DNA of 64,000 nucleotides from assembly GCA_041641305.1 (NCBI GenBank), contig JBEPYN010000001.1, positions 672,001 to 736,000 of the forward strand, written 5' to 3'. How positions within the stretch are numbered: the stretch's first letter is position 1; every line of letters begins with the position of its first letter. This stretch comes from Nitrososphaerota archaeon (GTDB taxonomy: Archaea > Thermoproteota > Nitrososphaeria_A > Caldarchaeales > Caldarchaeaceae). Both the position numbers and the translations under genes were made by a program. Shown one piece after another: positions 58,637 to 64,000 of the stretch. The notes below the pieces were generated by a model that worked only from the letters and a program-made list of their open reading frames with translations, had not been told where the DNA came from and ran no database searches.

Positions 58637-59138
58637 CCCCGGACCCTATCGCACGCAACCACTCGTCGACAACCCTGTAAACAGCCCTATACAAGGCCTC
58701 TTCCTCAGGCGTCATCCGCCGCACAATCTCGCCGTCAAGCCTCTTAGCCGCTATACTGACAATCTTCATCAAACGCATCGTGACGATGTCCCGCAGCTTC
58801 TTCTCCACATAATCATCTCGAACACCTTCCCTCAACGACTCGACATAGAAATGCTTCTGCAACGGCTGAAGCTCCCCAGGATTGTTCTTCTCCCGCCACT
58901 CTATCTGGAGAAGCTGATTGGCCAGAGACTGTTTGGCCACATACTCGGCACACCGTCTCGAAACAAGCACATCCGCAACCCATTTCCACACATTCAACAC
59001 CGTCCCCTTCTTAAGCTCCTCAAACGTTCGCCCAGCGTAGCTAAGACGTGGAACATCCACAGTCAAAACAACCTTAACCACAGAATGCAGGTTCTCGATA
59101 CGGTTCTCCTCAACCACCTGCATGAGGCCCTGAAACAT
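58611..59138 (-). CDS. GINS complex subunit (Gins23 type)
   Basis: N-terminal B-domain (WKWVADVL), LQPL..HFY, MRLMKIV, MTPEEEALY; directly upstream of mcm. Confidence 0.85.
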   Translation of the reverse strand: MFQGLMQVVEENRIENLHSVVKVVLTVDVPRLSYAGRTFEELKKGTVLNVWKWVADVLVSRRCAEYVAKQSLANQLLQIEWREKNNPGELQPLQKHFYVESLREGVRDDYVEKKLRDIVTMRLMKIVSIAAKRLDGEIVRRMTPEEEALYRAVYRVVDEWLRAIGSGDGDGGATS

Positions 59139-59241
59139 CCAACACCTAGTATCAAGTAAGATACTTAAAGATACCTTGTCGGTATGGGGCTGGTAATGCG
59201 TTTGTGGGAACCGGGGTAATATATTTGTATCCGGGGGCTAT

Positions 59242-60261
59242 GTGTGTCATGGGTTGAGGATAGCGGTCGTGGGATTGGGTGTAGCGGGAAGCTATCTTCT
59301 GAGGCGTCTCTCGCTGGAGCATGAGGTTGTAGGCTTTGACAGGCAGAGGAGGGAAAACTTCAAAGCAATATGTGCGTGGGGGACATCGAGAAACCAGATA
59401 AAGAAGATTCTCCAGAAAGTGGAGATTGATTTTGATGAGTATCTTCTCCACCTCGGCGATAACCTCGTCCTCGACAACGGTAAGGAATCCTCATCTATTC
59501 CTCTTCTGGGCCTGTGCACATTTGATAAGAGGCGTCTGGAGCTCGACATGACAAAGGGCTACAAAGTCTTTTACGGAACCACTCCAACCCTCGAGGACCT
59601 GCGCAGAGACTTCGACCTAATCATCGACGCAACAGGTGTTTCGAGAACCCTTCTACCGCCAGCCCCCCGCGACAAAATTGTTCCATGCTTCCAGTACAGG
59701 GTCAAATACCATGGGAAAATGCCGTTTGAAGATTTTTACGTCAGAATATTCAGCTCCTGGGACGGTTATCTATGGTATTTTCCGCTCGGCGACAGCGAAG
59801 CCTATGTGGGCGCAGGACACATGGGAGGAAACCATGTAGCGGAGGTGAACACGTTCATAAATCGGTATGGCGGCAGCCCTGTCGAAAAAATGGGGAAATC
59901 TGTGCGGATTGCGCCGCCTGAGCTCATGACGCCTTTTTTCGACGGAAAAGTTGTTGGCGTGGGCGAGTCGATTGGAACGGTTTTTCCCCTGCTGGGCGAA
60001 GGTATACTGCCCAGCCTCGAGTGCGCGGAGATTCTCGCCGAGACGCTTGAAAACCGGGAAGCTTATCGGAGAAAGGTTCTCGAAACATTCAAACCATTCT
60101 CAGACATGTACAGGCTCATACAGCTTCGTCAAAATAACCAGCTGAGCCTCACGAGACATTTCCCTCTTGTGCTACGCTGCTACAGGTACATGAAGGAGCG
60201 GGAGGAGCGGTTTGGCTTGGTTATCCGCAGGAGTGATTTGATGCTCATAATCAACGCTTGA
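59242..60261 (+). CDS. NAD(P)/FAD-dependent oxidoreductase (geranylgeranyl reductase-like fold)
   Basis: GLGVAG, IIDATG, GYLWYFP, VGESIGTVFPLLGEGI. Confidence 0.8.
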   Translation: MCHGLRIAVVGLGVAGSYLLRRLSLEHEVVGFDRQRRENFKAICAWGTSRNQIKKILQKVEIDFDEYLLHLGDNLVLDNGKESSSIPLLGLCTFDKRRLELDMTKGYKVFYGTTPTLEDLRRDFDLIIDATGVSRTLLPPAPRDKIVPCFQYRVKYHGKMPFEDFYVRIFSSWDGYLWYFPLGDSEAYVGAGHMGGNHVAEVNTFINRYGGSPVEKMGKSVRIAPPELMTPFFDGKVVGVGESIGTVFPLLGEGILPSLECAEILAETLENREAYRRKVLETFKPFSDMYRLIQLRQNNQLSLTRHFPLVLRCYRYMKEREERFGLVIRRSDLMLIINA

Positions 60262-60300
60262 ATAAGGTTTTTAAATTGGGAGAAAGCTTCTCCGACAAGG

Positions 60301-61536
60301 TGGTCGGAGCTAAAGCTCGTATGTAGGAACTGTGGTTCAGAATATTCCAACGAGCTGAGAAATGTATGTGACAAGTGTCTCGGGGCCCTTGACGTCGTCT
60401 ACGAAGAGGTAGCGGATGGTCTGCGCAGCAGAATAGCCAACAGTTTTGTCCGCGGTGTCTGGCGATATGCTGAGCTTTTGCCCGTGAAGAAGGAGTACCG
60501 CGTCGACATCGGGGCAGGAGGCACAGCCTTGGTTCATGCACGTGAGCTGGGCCGTGTGATAGGTGTCCGCAACCTCTACATCAAAAACGACACGACAAAC
60601 CCCTCCTTCTCCTTCAAAGATAGGCCGGCGTCGGTGGCTGTCTCGAAGGCGCGGGAGTTTGGTCTCAGGATTGTTGGATGCGCGTCCACGGGCAACCTCG
60701 CCTCGGCCACGGTAGCCCACGCGGCTGCAGCCGGCTTGACGGGGTTCGTCCTCATGCCCGACACAGTCGAGCTCCCGAAGGTGCGTCAGGCCTCGATATA
60801 CGGCGCAAAAGTAATCCTCGTCGACGGCACCTACGACGACGTCAACCGCCTCGCATACCTCCTCGTCGACACAGCTGAAGTCGGAATAGTCAACGTCAAC
60901 CTAAGGCCCTTCTACGTGGAGGGCTCCAAAACCATGATGTATGAAACCGTTGAAGCCCTTGGCTGGCGCGCCCCACAGCACATCGTGGTCCCCATGGCGA
61001 GCGGCGCCCTCTTCGGAGCACTCTACAAAGGACTGCACGAGTTCGAGACGTTTGGAGCCATATCGCATGCCGACACAGTTTTCCACGGGGTACAGCCCAT
61101 AGGATGCTCACCGATATCAACAGCGTTTGAAACAGGTGCGGAGGAGGTTACACCTGTGAAGAAACCTGAGACCCTTGTGAAGAGTCTCGCCATCGGCAAC
61201 CCAGGCGACGGACTATACGCCCTAAACGTCGCCCGTAAAACAGGAGGCAGCTGTCAAAAGGTCTCCGATGACGCCACCGTTGAAGCGGTGAAGCTTCTTG
61301 CAAAGTATACGGGGATTTTCGCCGAACCCGGCGGAGCCATCACCGTCGCTGCGGTCAAGCAGATGAGGGAGAACGGGGTGATCGATGCGGGTGACGAGGT
61401 TGTATGCTGCGTAACTGGCGCGGGCTTCAAGGTTGACGAGGTTGTTGAGCAGGTGAGCGGCCCCGCCTACGTCGTCCCAGCACGCCTCGACAAAATCCTC
61501 GAAACCCTCCAAACCAACCAGCCCCTATCCCATTAA
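60301..61536 (+). CDS. thrC: Threonine synthase with N-terminal Zn ribbon (start codon uncertain)
   Basis: NPSFSFKDR PLP lysine motif, ASTGNL, EGSKT, AEPGGA. The frame extends upstream of 60478 through CRNCG..CDKC and WRYAELLP. Confidence 0.88.
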   Translation, partial: WSELKLVCRNCGSEYSNELRNVCDKCLGALDVVYEEVADGLRSRIANSFVRGVWRYAELLPVKKEYRVDIGAGGTALVHARELGRVIGVRNLYIKNDTTNPSFSFKDRPASVAVSKAREFGLRIVGCASTGNLASATVAHAAAAGLTGFVLMPDTVELPKVRQASIYGAKVILVDGTYDDVNRLAYLLVDTAEVGIVNVNLRPFYVEGSKTMMYETVEALGWRAPQHIVVPMASGALFGALYKGLHEFETFGAISHADTVFHGVQPIGCSPISTAFETGAEEVTPVKKPETLVKSLAIGNPGDGLYALNVARKTGGSCQKVSDDATVEAVKLLAKYTGIFAEPGGAITVAAVKQMRENGVIDAGDEVVCCVTGAGFKVDEVVEQVSGPAYVVPARLDKILETLQTNQPLSH

Positions 61537-62006
61537 AACACCTTCTCCCTCGGCTTCGTCGAATACACCACCACAACCGTGTCCCTGAACCGTTTGTTCG
61601 GCACCACTATCAAGCACTCATCGCCAGAGATAATGGTTCTGGTCAGGGACATAGCGATGATTTTGCCACGTTTTCCCTCGATTTCTACCTCGCTACCGAT
61701 GTTTATGTATGGGTCGAGGGCGATGGAGATGCTGGCGAAGACATCGTTTACATATGGGACGAGTGCGAGGGCGAACAAAAGGCCCAGCGCACCTGCGGTG
61801 GCGAAGACGCCTACCACGAACTCGAAAAGCCGCCAAATGTATCCAAGGTATCCGACGTAGACGACGCCGAGCAAAACCAGCACAAAATAGAGAACCTTGC
61901 GATGCTCCTGCCTAAACTTCGCACGCAGAACATACCTGACAAACAGAACCACCAACCCGAAAACAGCCGACGCAACAAGCGTCTCAACAACCTGCGCAGA
62001 AAACAT
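61533..62006 (-). CDS. Small MscS-family mechanosensitive channel domain protein
   Basis: 3 TM helices, then DVFASISI...IGSEVEIEGKRGKI...RT...VPN. Confidence 0.8.
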   Translation of the reverse strand: MFSAQVVETLVASAVFGLVVLFVRYVLRAKFRQEHRKVLYFVLVLLGVVYVGYLGYIWRLFEFVVGVFATAGALGLLFALALVPYVNDVFASISIALDPYINIGSEVEIEGKRGKIIAMSLTRTIISGDECLIVVPNKRFRDTVVVVYSTKPREKVF

Positions 62007-62045
62007 AGCCAAAATATCGAAAAACCCAGATATTATTTTATACAA

Positions 62046-62106
62046 GATGCTCAGAGCTCAAGATCCCAGTCACCTAATCAGACTGGTCAGACTCATCATC
62101 GCCATC
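62046..62106 (-). ncRNA. Box C/D 2'-O-methylation guide sRNA
   Basis: C box ATGATGA (62099-62093), D' CTGA (62081-62078), C'-like AGGTGA, D CTGA (62054-62051), terminal stem GATG(G)C/GCATC, own TATA TTTTTAAG (62133-62126). The D guide is complementary to a Leu(CAA) anticodon loop. Confidence 0.8.
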
Positions 62107-62182
62107 TGTGGAATGTGTGACGGATCTTAAAAACGTTGAGAACGGGAAGTGACTGGGTTAGGGCTGTAAGACTTGTGAATAT

Positions 62183-62779
62183 TTAGGCTGTTTGGCATAT
62201 GTCGGGTTTTCTCGCATCTTTTTTCTGTGGTGAATGGTTGTGTGCGTCGTGTTGGATGTAGGTTGTTAGCCATGCGGCGAGGAGTTTTCCCCGTGGTGTG
62301 AGGCTGTATTGTACACGTATGGGGGCTTGGTTTGTGTGGATGGTTTTTTCTACGAGGCCGTGGTTGCAGAGTTTTCTCAGCCGGTCGGAGGCTATTTTCC
62401 AGCTGAGGCCGTTTATGGCTGCGACGAGTTCAGCGCTGTACAGCGACCCTTGTCGAAGTGTTGTGAGAATTTCTCTTGACCATTTGCATTTGAGAACCTC
62501 GGCCAAGACATGTGGCGCGACGTGGCTGGTGAGTGGTTTAACAAGCTCAGCTATGGCGAGGCCTTTCACGGTCAACCTGTAACCCGCCTCATCCACCGAA
62601 ACAACTCCATGAACCATCAGGCTCGACAACTTGCTCGATAGAACCTTCCTGCTTATTCCTAGGCTTTTCACGAGGTCGGCGAAACGGCGGGGGCCCTGCA
62701 TCAAATCAACTATGAGGGGAACCGTCCACTTGCATCTAAACAAATGGGTTGGAAAGCTTTGGACAACAGCCTCCAGCAT
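62183..62779 (-). CDS. Tandem HxlR/DUF24 winged-helix transcriptional regulator
   Basis: Two repeats: CKW..LI..GPRRF..GISRKVLS..YRLT.KG and CKWS.EIL..GLS.KI.SDRL..PIRVQYSLTPRG. Confidence 0.85.
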   Translation of the reverse strand: MLEAVVQSFPTHLFRCKWTVPLIVDLMQGPRRFADLVKSLGISRKVLSSKLSSLMVHGVVSVDEAGYRLTVKGLAIAELVKPLTSHVAPHVLAEVLKCKWSREILTTLRQGSLYSAELVAAINGLSWKIASDRLRKLCNHGLVEKTIHTNQAPIRVQYSLTPRGKLLAAWLTTYIQHDAHNHSPQKKDARKPDICQTA

Positions 62780-62852
62780 CCCAACAGAAAGGCTCGCTTA
62801 GAGATATAAGGGTTGAGAAAGCTAGGGCAGAGGCTTATCCACATGGTGGGAT

Positions 62853-62868
62853 GTTACACAAAGGTAAC
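62853..62868. promoter_or_regulatory. Palindromic operator candidate between hxlR and protoglobin
   Basis: GTTAC-ACAAAG-GTAAC. Confidence 0.5.
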
Positions 62869-62923
62869 GACCTAACCGTTTTGAAACCATTTACTCAAAT
62901 ACCGTGGAATAGGCTGGGGCGTC

Positions 62924-63514
62924 ATGGCTCAGCAGATTCCGGGATACACATATGGCACAGGAAAGGTTTCGCAGGCCCCTGTTTCGGATGAGGAGTTCCG
63001 GCTGCTCAAGGCAACGGTGCTGATGACCGATGAAGACATCAAGTATCTGCGGATGGCTGGAGAGGTTCTAAAGGACCAAGTTGATGATGTGCTCGACCTC
63101 TGGTATGGCTGGGTAGGCTCCAACCAGCATCTTGTCTACTACTTCGGCGACCGCAAAACAGGTCAGCCGATAGGCGAGTATCTACAGGCTGTGAGGAAAA
63201 GGTTTGGGCAGTGGATTCTTGACACATGCTTCAGAGAATATGACCGCGACTGGCTCAACTACCAGTATGAGATAGGGCTGCGCCACCATAGAAGCAAGAA
63301 AAACAAGACAGACAAGGTTGACTCGGTTGAGCATATTCCGCTCCGCTACCTCATCGCATTCATCGTCCCCATCACCTCGACCATCAAGCCGTTTCTAGCT
63401 AAGAAGGGTCACTCACAGGAGGATGTTGAGAAGATGTATGCAGCGTGGTTCAAGTCCGTGACGTTGTCGGTTGCGCTGTGGAGCATACCATACGCGAACA
63501 AGGGAGAGTGGTAA
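62924..63514 (+). CDS. pgb: Protoglobin
   Basis: IPGYTYG N-terminus, LDLWYGWVG, RFGQWILDT, YQYEIGLRHHRSKKNKTD, IPLRYLIAF, AWFKSV..ALWS.PY. Confidence 0.93.
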   Translation: MAQQIPGYTYGTGKVSQAPVSDEEFRLLKATVLMTDEDIKYLRMAGEVLKDQVDDVLDLWYGWVGSNQHLVYYFGDRKTGQPIGEYLQAVRKRFGQWILDTCFREYDRDWLNYQYEIGLRHHRSKKNKTDKVDSVEHIPLRYLIAFIVPITSTIKPFLAKKGHSQEDVEKMYAAWFKSVTLSVALWSIPYANKGEW

Positions 63515-63518
63515 AGGC

Positions 63519-63896
63519 CTATCTCTTGAAAAGCTCCTTCAAATCTTTCGCCTCTCCCCTTTTAACATACGTAATCTTTGTATCTAGCTTGACCCTTAGG
63601 CCGAGGCTTCGGAAAAGGTTGTAGAGCTCTCCGCCGTCGATTGGCTCGGTTATCTGACCCGCTTTCATGAGCTGGGCGAGCTTCTCCACTATGGCCGACG
63701 TTTCTCGTGGATATTGTTCAAGCGCTGCCTGTAGCACTTCGTCCCCCCTTGGGCCGAGATTTTTCTTCACCACGTCGAGAGGTGTCTCGGCTGGGGCTGG
63801 TTTCTGCTGCTGCTCAGCTCCCGCCTGAGCCGCCATCGATGCAAGCTGCATCATCTTCTTTAGCTTAAGCCGTTTGAGCTCAAGATCCTCCGACAA
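63519..63896 (-). CDS. PDCD5/TFAR19-related DNA-binding protein
   Basis: EDLELKRLK.KKM..L N-terminus; RGDEVL..A..QYP; LA.L...G.I..PID...L..LF. Confidence 0.7.
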   Translation of the reverse strand: MSEDLELKRLKLKKMMQLASMAAQAGAEQQQKPAPAETPLDVVKKNLGPRGDEVLQAALEQYPRETSAIVEKLAQLMKAGQITEPIDGGELYNLFRSLGLRVKLDTKITYVKRGEAKDLKELFKR

Positions 63897-63898
63897 GG

Positions 63899-64000
63899 CT
63901 ACGCAGGCCTCCTTACACCAAGCCTAACGCCGCTCAATAGAACAGAGGGGCCTCCGAACCAGACGGGTATTCCCTGCATCGGGTCGCCTTTCCCACAGTA
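63899..64000 (-). CDS. tldD: TldD/PmbA family protease, C-terminal end (runs off the window edge)
   Basis: YCGKGDPMQGIPVWFGGPSVLLSGVRLG matches the TldD CGK-x-Q..PV..GGP C-terminal motif. Confidence 0.8.
   Translation of the reverse strand, partial: YCGKGDPMQGIPVWFGGPSVLLSGVRLGVRRPA

Noticed and set aside
62065-62157. CCCAGTCAC/GTGACTGGG inverted repeat suggesting a MITE
   Set aside because: No target-site duplication or other copies were seen; the region is better explained by the C/D sRNA and its promoter.
1-64000. CRISPR arrays, rRNA genes, intact mobile elements, and the many antisense or alternate-frame ORFs in the track (e.g. 13096-13803, 42511-43329, 57416-58255)
   Set aside because: No periodic repeats, rRNA-like sequence or integrase/intact transposase was seen. 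The alternate ORFs overlap well-supported genes and lack motifs.

Overview
Archaeal core-genome window. Unsplit Rpo1 and Rpo2, PolD, GINS15 and GINS23, MCM, Elf1, Hel308 and BHB-type tRNA introns at non-canonical positions suggest a TACK archaeon of the Aigarchaeota/Nitrososphaerota type (Caldiarchaeum-like); this assignment is inference. Most genes serve information processing: the RNA polymerase operon, replication, tRNA maturation, aCPSF1/proteasome/Sm, and a split histidine cluster. Features absent or truncated in the ORF track and read directly from the sequence: tiaS (5' edge), Sec61beta, rpl37e, rpl40e, a 38-aa membrane peptide coupled to priS, three tRNAs (Leu-TAA with two introns, Lys-CTT with a D-arm intron, Val-TAC), a box C/D guide sRNA predicted to methylate C34 of tRNA-Leu(CAA), a VapC whose PIN domain has no canonical start codon, an IS5-like transposase remnant, and tldD (3' edge). 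The best candidates for uncharacterised systems are (i) a 49-aa peptide / ParB-Srx-domain protein / CX5R phosphatase operon with an in-frame TAG-ATG junction, (ii) a YqgF-like nuclease coupled to a Clp1/Nol9 kinase, (iii) a protoglobin divergent from a tandem Cys-containing HxlR regulator with a palindromic operator, (iv) an orphan PqqD/RRE protein, and (v) a SlaB-like coiled-coil membrane protein with a polyproline tail. No rRNA, CRISPR array or intein was seen.
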